The notes under the pieces were generated by a model that worked only from the letters and a program-made list of their open reading frames with translations, searched no databases and was not told the origin of the DNA. From Theionarchaea archaeon (GTDB lineage: Archaea > Methanobacteriota_B > Thermococci > Methanofastidiosales > SZ-28-30), in NCBI GenBank assembly GCA_018992685.1, contig JACVGT010000018.1, positions 128,001-192,000 of the forward strand: 64,000 nt of DNA, in the 5' to 3' direction. The number at the start of each line of letters is the position of its first letter. The stretch's first letter is position 1. The position numbers were made by a program, and so were the translations under genes. Positions 46,834 through 56,253 of this stretch are shown piece by piece.

Positions 46834-47205
46834 CTACACCAGCTTCGCTACCTCTTCTGCCGTTCTCTTCATGTCCAGGAAGACCAGCCCCAACTTGGCG
46901 TCTTTTCTTGCCAGTGCAGTCAGGACGGCATTCTCACCTGATGCCATTAGCACCACATACCCGTTCTCTCCCTTAACATAGACTTCTGAGAGGTCTCCCC
47001 TTGCTAGCTCATTTGCTGTCCTCTCTCCCAATGATAACATGGCAGCAGACATAGCAGCAACTCGGTCCTCTTCCACATCTCGGGGTAGAGCGGATGCTAT
47101 CATCAATCCATCCACAGAAACGACGGCAGAAGCTTCAATGTCAGGTGTTGTAGCTTCCAAATCTTTTAGAAGGTCTGTGAGAGCTTCAGTTTTGGGTCTT
47201 GCCAT
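46834..47205 (-). CDS. Roadblock/LC7 protein (near-identical paralog of 8547-8921)
   Basis: Same core sequence; AAGGTGA SD before the ATG at 47205. Confidence 0.93.
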   Translation of the reverse strand: MARPKTEALTDLLKDLEATTPDIEASAVVSVDGLMIASALPRDVEEDRVAAMSAAMLSLGERTANELARGDLSEVYVKGENGYVVLMASGENAVLTALARKDAKLGLVFLDMKRTAEEVAKLV

Positions 47206-47740
47206 TCTTGTCACCTTTTTTCTTTCTCATTTGAATTGAGATCAGGTTGTGACAGTAGTCTTTTTGACAGAGCCAGGGTAGTCAACTATCTGTCACAGCC
47301 ACTTCCTACCTATGCTCTCATTGTATATGAATCCTGTTTTTCGTTATTCAAGCAACTTTTCCAACCTTTTTCTGCAGAGATACGTATGTCACTTCATATC
47401 AATGGTAGAGCCAACTCTATCACAATACAGGCAAACTAAGCTCAGCATTTGAACGTGTCAGTTACATCATCAATTGCCTGAACATACTGTGATTTCACAC
47501 TTCCTTGTTCAAATGGAGTTGAAAGGTGAGAGACATCCATGTAAAATGAAGATTCCAAAATGCTGAAACAGAACCCTGGTAAGCTCTCATGGCGGCAAAA
47601 TGGCACATATTAGTGAGATCGAAAAGCCAGATGTCTACGAAAGGGCAACAGCCAGTATTGGCACACGACTGGTAGACAAGTCATGAAGGGTATCATTTAA
47701 ATTGTGGCGATCAATAGTCAAGCTGTTAGGAGGTCTAACT

Positions 47741-48934
47741 ATGTGGTATTTCTACTCGCCGATCGTGGTTTTCGGGGAAGATGCCCTGGATCACCTGGAA
47801 ACCATTGAAGGAAAAAGATGCTTTATAGTGACAGACCCAGGTATCAAGAGCCTGGGATTGCTGGAAATCCTCACCAGAAAATTGGAACGATTGGGAAGGA
47901 GCTGGGAAGTCTTTTCTGATGTTGAACCTGATCCCAGAGAAGAGACTGTGTATAGAGCTGCTGAGCAATGCAAAAAATATAATCCAGATCTCATCATTGG
48001 AATTGGAGGAGGTTCGTCGCTTGATGCAGCAAAAGGTGTCTGGGTCTTATATGAACATCCAGAATTCAAGAGTGTGGACGAGATCCATCCTTTTCAGAAT
48101 TTGAATACTGGGAAGAAAGCCCGGTTGATCGCGATTCCTACGACCTCGGGAACAGGTGCTGAAACAACGTGGGCTGTGGTCATTACCAGAACCAAAGAAG
48201 GGAAAACCCTGAAACTTGAGCAGGGAAACAAAGGAGTTATCCCCACGTATGCTGTGGTTGACCCTGTTTTCACCAAGGGAATGCCTCCAGGCCTGACAGC
48301 TGGAACAGGGTTTGATGCGCTGGCCCACAGTATGGAGTGCTTGATATCCACCTGGCAGAACATGTTTTCGGATGCCTTGGCCATTGGAGCTATCCGTCTC
48401 ATTCTTGAGTATCTACCGCTGGCGGTGAAAGATGGAGATAATATGAAAGCTCGAGAAGCACTGCATAATGCAGCCAGCATGGGGGGACTGGCATTCGGAA
48501 ACGCACAGGTGACATTGGGGCACGCCATGGCTCATGCTCTGGGCGCTGTTTTTCATATTCCTCACGGCACTGCGGTGGGGTTGTGTCTGCCCTATGCCAT
48601 GGAATACTGCATTCACGATCCTGAAAGTGACAGCTCAATTGAGAAACTTGCCCTGACTGCAAAATCAGTGGGGGTTGCTCAATGGTCAGATGACAATTCT
48701 GGAGCTGCCGAGAAGCTCGTGGAGAAGGTGAAGTGGCTGCAGAAAGAGACGGGACTACCCGTCTCGTTGCAGGCCTTGGATGTCTCGAGGGAAGATTTGG
48801 ATGAGAACCTGGATACCCTCATCACCCTGTGTATGGAATCAGCCAGTACCGTGATGACTCCTCGGAATATTGGCGTCTCGGAATTTAGGAAGCTCTTTGA
48901 CTATATGTACTCTGGAAGGAAAGTCGACTTCTGA
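47741..48934 (+). CDS. Iron-containing alcohol dehydrogenase
   Basis: GGGSSLDAAK, PTTSGTGAE, DALAH, HAMAH, HG metal ligands; AGGAGG SD before the ATG at 47741. Confidence 0.93.
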   Translation: MWYFYSPIVVFGEDALDHLETIEGKRCFIVTDPGIKSLGLLEILTRKLERLGRSWEVFSDVEPDPREETVYRAAEQCKKYNPDLIIGIGGGSSLDAAKGVWVLYEHPEFKSVDEIHPFQNLNTGKKARLIAIPTTSGTGAETTWAVVITRTKEGKTLKLEQGNKGVIPTYAVVDPVFTKGMPPGLTAGTGFDALAHSMECLISTWQNMFSDALAIGAIRLILEYLPLAVKDGDNMKAREALHNAASMGGLAFGNAQVTLGHAMAHALGAVFHIPHGTAVGLCLPYAMEYCIHDPESDSSIEKLALTAKSVGVAQWSDDNSGAAEKLVEKVKWLQKETGLPVSLQALDVSREDLDENLDTLITLCMESASTVMTPRNIGVSEFRKLFDYMYSGRKVDF

Positions 48935-48944
48935 AGGTGATATC

Positions 48945-50774
48945 ATGAAAGGATTCCGCGGGAAGATCTTGGTGGTGGACTTGTCCTCAGAGACCATTAA
49001 GACTGAACTGGTGAATGAAGAGATTGCCAGGGCGTTTCTGGGTGGAGCTGGATATGCTGTTCGATACCTCTATGATCTTGTGGATGAGGGTACGGACCCT
49101 TTAGGGCCAGAAAATCCTCTTTTTTTCATGACGGGACCTCTCACCGGGACTCTTGCTCCTTCTGCAGGCCGGTGGGTGGTATGTGCCAAGTCGCCACTCA
49201 GCCAGATCTGGGGAGAATCCAACTGTGGAGGCTTTTTCGGAGCTGAGCTAAAATTCGCCGGCTTTGATGGCATTCTGGTGAAGGGAACTTCTGAACATCC
49301 TGTATACGTGTGGATTACCAACGATGAACAAGACATAATGGATGCATCTGATCTGTGGGGGAACGGTATCTATGAAACCCACTCCAGACTGAAACAAGCA
49401 GTTTCGGACAAACTAGCACGAGTAGCCTGTATCGGTCCTGCAGGGGAAAACCTGGTAAAATATGCCAGCATTGGATCTGAAGAACGAGCAGCGGGAAGGA
49501 CAGGGATGGGAGCTGTCATGGGCAGCAAGAACCTGAAGGCTGTGGTGGTCAGGGGAAAACTACGGGACATTGACCTCGCACATCCCGACCAGTATAATCA
49601 GCTGGCAAAGACCATCAAGAATGAGATCATGGATATCTTTACTGCCCAGATGATGGGTGAACTGGGAACGTCAGGTGGTGTTGATATGTACAATTATAGA
49701 GGACAGCTTCCGGTCAAGTACTGGACGAGAGGTGAATTTGACGGTGCCTATGATATCTCGGGTTCCACCATGAAAGAGACAATTCTGGTACGTCCCCGTC
49801 ACTGTTTTGCCTGCCCCATTGGGTGTGGGCGAGTGGTCAACGTGAAAGAAGGGAGATACAAGACCCCTGGTGAGGTGGAAGGGCCTGAGTACGAAACGGT
49901 GGCGGGATTTGGATCCCAACTCCTCAACAATAACCTAGAAGCCATAGCCAAGGCTAACTATCTGTGCAATGACTACGGGATTGACACCATCTCCTCAAGT
50001 GTTATTATTTCTTTTGTATACTACCTCGTGGAAAAAGGAATTGTTTCTGCTGGAGACCTTGATGGAATCAACCCCCGGTTTGGAGACTTTGATCCTGCAC
50101 TGGAGTTCATTTCCAGGATTGCCCAGCGAAAAGGAATTGGGAATCTGCTTGCTGAAGGTGCTCAAGCTGTTGGCAGCCACTTTGGCGTTTCCCGTGACGA
50201 GATTGCCACCGTTGACGGCATGGAGGTAACATATCATGATCTGCGCTCCACGTATGGGATGGCCATTGCGTATGCTACAGGGCCCCGAGGACCTGGGCAT
50301 AACTCCTGTGATATGTACATGACCTCCACGGGGCAGCCCTTTCCAGAACTGGACATTCCTGTTCCAGATCACTATGATGAGAGTTGTGTCATGACTGATG
50401 CCTGCGCCCGCCTCCAGGATTATCGAGCTTTCTACAGTACTGTGATCTTCTGCATGTTCTGCAACCCCGCTCCCTCTTCCATTGGTGACCTCATTTCGTT
50501 GGCCACTGGGTGGGACATTGGAATACCGGAGATCAAGATCATCGGAGAGCGAGTCTTCACCATGAAGAGGCTGTTCAACATCAAGATGGGCCTCTCTGGA
50601 GACTGGGACACCATTCCTGAGATATTGACAGCGCCGGTGTCTGATGGAGGGTCAGCAGGGAGGAGCCCCGACTGGAAAAAGATGCTCAGACAGTATTATG
50701 AATTTCGAAAATGGGACCCGAAGACGGGTATTCCTTCAAAAGAAAAACTGGAAGAACTGGGAATCCATGTGTAG
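48945..50774 (+). CDS. aor: Tungsten-dependent aldehyde:ferredoxin oxidoreductase family protein
   Basis: KSPL, ESNCGG, IGPAGEN, GRTGMGAVMGSKNLKA, CFACPIGC, GPEYET, GIDTIS. Confidence 0.93.
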   Translation: MKGFRGKILVVDLSSETIKTELVNEEIARAFLGGAGYAVRYLYDLVDEGTDPLGPENPLFFMTGPLTGTLAPSAGRWVVCAKSPLSQIWGESNCGGFFGAELKFAGFDGILVKGTSEHPVYVWITNDEQDIMDASDLWGNGIYETHSRLKQAVSDKLARVACIGPAGENLVKYASIGSEERAAGRTGMGAVMGSKNLKAVVVRGKLRDIDLAHPDQYNQLAKTIKNEIMDIFTAQMMGELGTSGGVDMYNYRGQLPVKYWTRGEFDGAYDISGSTMKETILVRPRHCFACPIGCGRVVNVKEGRYKTPGEVEGPEYETVAGFGSQLLNNNLEAIAKANYLCNDYGIDTISSSVIISFVYYLVEKGIVSAGDLDGINPRFGDFDPALEFISRIAQRKGIGNLLAEGAQAVGSHFGVSRDEIATVDGMEVTYHDLRSTYGMAIAYATGPRGPGHNSCDMYMTSTGQPFPELDIPVPDHYDESCVMTDACARLQDYRAFYSTVIFCMFCNPAPSSIGDLISLATGWDIGIPEIKIIGERVFTMKRLFNIKMGLSGDWDTIPEILTAPVSDGGSAGRSPDWKKMLRQYYEFRKWDPKTGIPSKEKLEELGIHV

Positions 50775-50876
50775 ATTGATCAGATTTTTCTTCTCTTTTC
50801 CTCTTTCACCCAACCGTATGACAGTGCCAGCACGCTATTCATGCCACCATAAGTATGATACTGAAGCAATGAACAG

Positions 50877-51581
50877 CTAGCGCCTGCGAGCCAGCTCCTC
50901 CATCAGCTCCATCTGAATCTCCTGGATCTGCAGGAGTCTCTGCCACTGATTTGCCAGCAGATGATCAATTTTTTCATGAAGATTCCGTATCTCCACTTCT
51001 GCTTTGAGGTTGACAACATAATCATGCTCTGACCGCAAACGATCCTTTGATTCCTGACGATTCTGACTCATCATGATAACAGGAGCCTGTATTGCAGCAA
51101 GACATGACAGCACAAGGTTCAGGAGAATGAAGGGATAAGGATCAAAATGTTTAGAAAGGAGCACCACACTGTTTATGCCGATCCATACAACCAGTATGCT
51201 AAAGAACATCATGATAAAAAGCCAGCTCCCAGCAAATTTGGCAAGTGCGTCTGAAAGGCGTTCTCCGAAGGTGAGGTTCTGTTGAAACTCAACATTAATA
51301 TCTCTGGATATGAGCTCCTGTTCTCTGAGACTTTTCATTACCTGTTCCTCCAATGAGGAGAGTTCGCCTTTCTCAGTTTCCAGGATCTCCCTCACATACT
51401 CTGATCTGAAGTGGTTGAGGTCAGAAAGACAGATAAATCCAGAGGGGGACCACTGAGGGTACTTCTTCTGGATAGTCTCAACCAGGGGGTCTCGAATGAG
51501 ATCTCCCGGGATGACCTCATCCGGATCTTTATGTTCTCCACAAATCCCACATACAATAGTCTTCTTATCTGCATCTGTCAT
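50877..51581 (-). CDS. DUF1003 membrane protein
   Basis: FDPYPFILLNLVLSCLAAIQAPVIMMSQNRQ signature. Confidence 0.92.
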   Translation of the reverse strand: MTDADKKTIVCGICGEHKDPDEVIPGDLIRDPLVETIQKKYPQWSPSGFICLSDLNHFRSEYVREILETEKGELSSLEEQVMKSLREQELISRDINVEFQQNLTFGERLSDALAKFAGSWLFIMMFFSILVVWIGINSVVLLSKHFDPYPFILLNLVLSCLAAIQAPVIMMSQNRQESKDRLRSEHDYVVNLKAEVEIRNLHEKIDHLLANQWQRLLQIQEIQMELMEELARRR

Positions 51582-51847
51582 ATTACCACCTCTGAAGGTT
51601 CCTGAATTTATACTCCCGGAGTCTAATAAATTCTTTCATCGCCATCCTCAATCCTCAAAACGGCAGGGCCTGCAGGAAGTTCCTCCTGTTGGGAACCCGT
51701 GGGCGTGAGGAAGACCACGTTGCAGGCGATGACAAAGATGTCTCCTGAATACTCAGGCTACAAGAATGATGGTACCTCGCTTTGATATCGAGGCCATCCT
51801 GCAGATTTTTAAGGTGTGACAGCAATACATAGGAGAATGGTGATGTC

Positions 51848-53587
51848 ATGACAGAGAAAAGACCAAAGTTGACTGGTGGCGACGTTCTTGTGCAGTGTTT
51901 GGTCCAGGAGGGAGCCAAGAAGGTTTTCGGTGTCCCTGGAGATCAATTATACCCTTTCTTGGATGCCATATACAAATCAGATGAAATCGATTTTGTTACC
52001 ACCCGGCATGAACAGGCTGCAGCCCACGCAGCAGATGCCTGGGCACGGGTAACGGGTAACCCAGGAGTCTGTGTGGGAACTGTGGGACCAGGTGCTGCAG
52101 ACCTGGTTCCTGGCGTGTATGTCGCATATGCAGATTCCATTCCTATGATTGTAATAACAGCTCAAAATCAATCCTGGAAGATACATCCTGATCATGGTTC
52201 TATGCAAGCTCTGGATCAGCAGTCCCTGTTTCATCCTATTACCAAGTGGAGAGTGCTAGTAAATCACTGGAAGAGAATTCCTTCTTTGGTCCAGTGGGCG
52301 TACCGGAATGCTGTGTCAGGCCGGCCGGGTCCTGTGCTCCTAGACTTTCCTGCAGATGTCTTGTTTGATGCGGGGTATCCTGAAGAGCTGGAGAGCCCTG
52401 TATTACCCCCTCACCAGTACAGAGCTGTAGCCTCCCCCGTGGGGAATCCTGAGGCCATACGAACGGCTGCACAGTTGCTGGTTGAAGCCAAGGCCCCTCT
52501 TATTCATGCAGGAGGAGGTGTCCTGCAATCTGAAGCATCAGATGAAATCGTTGGGCTCGCAGAACATTTGCAGGCCCCTGTCACCACGTCGCTGATGGCC
52601 AGAGGAGTCATACCTGAAGACCACGAGCTCTGTCTGCTTCCTGCAGGGTACGGTTCTCTGGCAGCACAGGTTGGAGCAGATATTGTCCTTGCCGTAGGAG
52701 GCAGGTTCGGTGATCTGGACTTTTGGGGAAAGCCTCCTGGATGGGGCGAACCTGATGAGCAGAGAGTGATCCAGATAGACATTGATCCCACCATGCACGC
52801 ATTGAACCGTCGCGTGGATCTGGCAATTACAGGAGATGCAAAGGTTACCCTCCGGCAGCTGCTGGAAGAAGTCAAGAAAATTCACCCAGAGAAGAAAATC
52901 CCCAGAGAAGACCTCGAGGATGATAGGGCAGCTCAGGAGGCGTGGCTGAATGATTTCAAGGAATTGAGTAACTCCAGCCAGGTACCTATCCACCCTTTGA
53001 CTGTGATCCAGAAAGTACGCGATTTCTTTCCCCGTTCAGCCATCAGTATCGTTGATGGAGGAAATACTGCAATCTGGGCCGTGTATCTCAATCGGATTTA
53101 TGAGCCCCGTACGTTCTTGTGGGCATCTGATTCTGGCCACCTGGGTACAGGTATTGGTTATGCTATCGGTGCCCAACTAGCCCGACCTGATAGGAGCGTG
53201 TACTGCATTACCAGTGACGGCTCAGTCATGTTTAACATACAGGAACTTGAAACTGCGGCGCGCCTGTGTGTTCCAATAGTCATTATCGTGGTTAATGATC
53301 AAGCCTACGGAATGATCAAAGCAGGCCAGAAGGCAGTGTGTGACTCCCGATTCATTGGAGTGGACTTCACTGATGCGAGATATGACAGGATTGCAGAAGC
53401 TATGGGATGCTATGGGGAGCGTATTCAGTCTCCTGATGAAGTCACCCCTGCACTGCAGAGAGCTGTAGATTCGGGCAAACCTGCCTTGCTGGATGTGGTT
53501 GTGGACAGTGATGTCAATTTAGAACCTCCTGATTTCAAGACCGTGGCTGCGCTCTGGTTGGAAGGCTGTGAAATGCCCGATGAGTAA
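51848..53587 (+). CDS. Thiamine-pyrophosphate-dependent enzyme (ALS / 2-hydroxyacyl-CoA lyase-like)
   Basis: RHEQAAAHAA, GPG, GRPGPV, GHLGTG, SDGS...VNDQAYGMI TPP motif; no ALS small subunit nearby. Confidence 0.88.
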   Translation: MTEKRPKLTGGDVLVQCLVQEGAKKVFGVPGDQLYPFLDAIYKSDEIDFVTTRHEQAAAHAADAWARVTGNPGVCVGTVGPGAADLVPGVYVAYADSIPMIVITAQNQSWKIHPDHGSMQALDQQSLFHPITKWRVLVNHWKRIPSLVQWAYRNAVSGRPGPVLLDFPADVLFDAGYPEELESPVLPPHQYRAVASPVGNPEAIRTAAQLLVEAKAPLIHAGGGVLQSEASDEIVGLAEHLQAPVTTSLMARGVIPEDHELCLLPAGYGSLAAQVGADIVLAVGGRFGDLDFWGKPPGWGEPDEQRVIQIDIDPTMHALNRRVDLAITGDAKVTLRQLLEEVKKIHPEKKIPREDLEDDRAAQEAWLNDFKELSNSSQVPIHPLTVIQKVRDFFPRSAISIVDGGNTAIWAVYLNRIYEPRTFLWASDSGHLGTGIGYAIGAQLARPDRSVYCITSDGSVMFNIQELETAARLCVPIVIIVVNDQAYGMIKAGQKAVCDSRFIGVDFTDARYDRIAEAMGCYGERIQSPDEVTPALQRAVDSGKPALLDVVVDSDVNLEPPDFKTVAALWLEGCEMPDE

Positions 53588-53598
53588 CTGGTGATGAG

Positions 53599-54615
53599 GT
53601 GAAGGCTGCAGTATTTTACGGAGAAAAGGATGTCCGCATTGAAGACGTGGATGATCCTTCTCCAGGACCGGGTGACGTCCTGCTCAGTCCCTTGTATTGT
53701 GGAATCTGTGGTACAGATGTTGATGCCTGGAAAACTGGCATGTATACACCTGGAGTGATACTGGGTCACGAATTCTCTGCCAGAGTTGTTGAATGCGGAC
53801 CTGGAGTGGACGGATGGAGCCCCGGGGACAACGTGGTAGTCAACTCGATTATCCCCTGTGGGACCTGTTCTTTCTGCGTACAAGGGAGGTACAGCCTGTG
53901 TGACAATGTGAAAATGCCGGGTATTACTGTCAATGGTGGTCTTGCTGAGCTTGTCTCCATCCCTGCTGATTCATTATTGCGGATGCCAAATTCTGTTACT
54001 GCAAGAGAAGCTGCCCTTACAGAACCACTGGCTGTTGTCCTGCACGGGTTCAATTTAATCAAAGGGGACTGGGGACTGGGCAACAAAGCACTGGTGACAG
54101 GTGCAGGCACCCTGGGATTACTTGCACTGCAGGTGGCTCACGCTGCAGGTGCTTCTCTTGTGGCAGTTTCTGAACCCAATTCCTCCAGGCGGGACACTGC
54201 AGTCGCTCTGGGTGCTGACATGGTAATTGATCCTGAAGTATCTAATGTGTGGGTGGAATTTGGAGAAAAGGCAGGTCACCTTCCCGATCTAGTGGTGGAA
54301 TGTTCAGGATCGGCCCTGGCTGCAACAGAAACGTTCTCTCTGGCCAAGAAAGGAGGGGTGGTCCTTGTCTTGGGAATATCTGAAGAGCCAGTAGAAGCAG
54401 ATTTCATGGCAGCAGTCCTTAACGAATTGACCTTTCACTTCAGTTACTGTGGATATTCAGAGTTTTCCGCCGCACTGGCTATGATTGAAAGGAAGATAGT
54501 CCGCGTAGGTGACTTAATCACTGAAATACCCCTGGACGATACCGTTGAGAAGGGATTTCAGAGGCTGGCAGATTCCCACTCTGACGTAGTAAAACTCTTG
54601 GTAAAAATATCATGA
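53599..54615 (+). CDS. Zinc-dependent alcohol dehydrogenase (MDR family)
   Basis: CGICGTD, GHEF, CGTCSFC...C structural Zn, GAGTLG. Confidence 0.92.
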   Translation: MKAAVFYGEKDVRIEDVDDPSPGPGDVLLSPLYCGICGTDVDAWKTGMYTPGVILGHEFSARVVECGPGVDGWSPGDNVVVNSIIPCGTCSFCVQGRYSLCDNVKMPGITVNGGLAELVSIPADSLLRMPNSVTAREAALTEPLAVVLHGFNLIKGDWGLGNKALVTGAGTLGLLALQVAHAAGASLVAVSEPNSSRRDTAVALGADMVIDPEVSNVWVEFGEKAGHLPDLVVECSGSALAATETFSLAKKGGVVLVLGISEEPVEADFMAAVLNELTFHFSYCGYSEFSAALAMIERKIVRVGDLITEIPLDDTVEKGFQRLADSHSDVVKLLVKIS

Positions 54616-55040
54616 ATGGAGGTGATTGTATTCTCTTAGGTTGTGAAGAGTATCTCGAAGAAGCTAAAAAGCGGGTGAATGAGGATTCTCAGTATGAAGA
54701 GCTAGCCAAGGAAATTAATGACTCCTATACCTTGGTAATGGAGGCAGAACCCACCAAGGGGGTTCCCAATTCCATGGTTCTGGGATTTCAGATCTCCAAT
54801 GGAAAAATGATTGATATCTGGCGCGGTGACAGGAAAACTGATTTCATCCTTTCAGCCAAATACGGAGACTTTGTGGACATCTTGATGGGAAACCTCAATG
54901 TCACCAAGGCGTTTGTCACCCGGAAACTGAAGATAAAAGGGTCTCTAGCCCGCATGCTGAAAACTTCAAAAGCCACAGAACGGTTTGTTGAAGTGCTGAA
55001 GGCTATTCCTACAGAATTTGAGGGAGACTACTGCAAATAA
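54612..55040 (+). CDS. SCP2 sterol/lipid-binding domain protein
   Basis: GNLNVTKAFVTRKLKIKGSL SCP2 motif; probable ATT start at 54630. Confidence 0.88.
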   Translation: MNGGDCILLGCEEYLEEAKKRVNEDSQYEELAKEINDSYTLVMEAEPTKGVPNSMVLGFQISNGKMIDIWRGDRKTDFILSAKYGDFVDILMGNLNVTKAFVTRKLKIKGSLARMLKTSKATERFVEVLKAIPTEFEGDYCK

Positions 55041-55058
55041 GAAATTAGAAAAAAAGAA

Positions 55059-55463
55059 TTAGTAAAACTGCGTATCGATCAACGTGATAGTGCGAACAAG
55101 CTCCTGGGCTGCTTTGACCGCCCGCATGACTTTGGCCATTTCACCTTTGAGCTTGAATTTGCCAGTCATCAATCCCTGGATGGGATCCAATTTCCCTTCC
55201 ACTAACTTGACATAGTTTGAGTAAGGACCTTCGTATACGAAGGCACTCTCTACCTCATCAGGAGACTGGAGGACTCTTCCATCGCGGGCCTCACCATGCC
55301 AGAGATCAATCCACAGAAATATGTCATGATCCAGCGGACCATCTGCTCTGATGATGAAGATGAAGTCACCTTCCCATGTGCTGGCAGCTTCACCATAAGC
55401 TGGGTTTTTGTTCAGCCTATCCATATATTCCTGACACCATTCTTCTGTTCCAAAAAGGGGCAT
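55059..55463 (-). CDS. SCP2 sterol/lipid-binding domain protein
   Basis: GKLDPIQGLMTGKFKLKGEM SCP2 motif; start taken as MPLFG. Confidence 0.9.
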   Translation of the reverse strand: MPLFGTEEWCQEYMDRLNKNPAYGEAASTWEGDFIFIIRADGPLDHDIFLWIDLWHGEARDGRVLQSPDEVESAFVYEGPYSNYVKLVEGKLDPIQGLMTGKFKLKGEMAKVMRAVKAAQELVRTITLIDTQFY

Positions 55464-55877
55464 TGAGTTCAACTCCTCTTTACGTATGTTGAGGTTGTTT
55501 CGATCTTCGTCTAATAAATGTTTGCAGTAATGACTCGCATCTTGGTCCCGCAGCGCCAGATTTATTTGATAGCCATCATGGTTTCTGATTCTGAGCTACA
55601 TTGATGATGTTCGAAGTTTCCCCTCAAGGCGGGCGTCCTTTCGAGACCAGACAACTCCAGACTGGCAAAAGGAAGGCAGATCTCTGATTCTCCTTTTCTA
55701 TTCGGCTTATATTTTGTGTTCTTTCTTTGATATATTCTCATATTCTCATGAAACGTTCAAGCTTTCCCGTGAATTCCTTCTTATGACGGTATTAGAAACA
55801 TCCTGATCATCTCACTATCGACGATACCATTAAATATATCATGTGTCCAAAGGAAGCCAGAAAAGAACCTGAAGAGG

Positions 55878-56252
55878 TTGCACATGAAAACTCACCACTT
55901 CACCTGTATCAAGTGTCCTTTAAGCTGCCAAATAGAACTCATTGAAGACAATGGCACTGTCCTGGAAATAAGAGGATGTACATGCAATCAAGGAGAACAA
56001 TACGCTCTTGACGAGTTCAGTAACCCTCTACGAATTGTCACCACTACTGTTCGCGTCACTGAGGGAATACTTCCTGTTGTCCCTGTTCGAAGCCAGGCCC
56101 CCCTGCCAAAATCATTGATCGCTGACTGTGTTAGTGTGTTGAATACTACGGAGGTTGAAGCACCGGTGACGTGTGGGCAGATCGTCTGCAGCAACATCCT
56201 GGACACAGGTATTGATGTAGTAGCGTCCCGAGATCTAGAAAGGAGGCATTAG
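55878..56252 (+). CDS. DUF1667 (CxxC) small subunit of a G3P-dehydrogenase-type complex
   Basis: CIKCPLSC, GCTCNQGEQYA..E..NPLRIVTTTV, VVASR. Confidence 0.88.
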   Translation: MHMKTHHFTCIKCPLSCQIELIEDNGTVLEIRGCTCNQGEQYALDEFSNPLRIVTTTVRVTEGILPVVPVRSQAPLPKSLIADCVSVLNTTEVEAPVTCGQIVCSNILDTGIDVVASRDLERRH

Positions 56253-56253
56253 T

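Noticed and set aside
55590-55700. TGATGA...CTGA as a possible C/D box sRNA
   Set aside because: The spacing is too long and there are no convincing C'/D' boxes or terminal stem.
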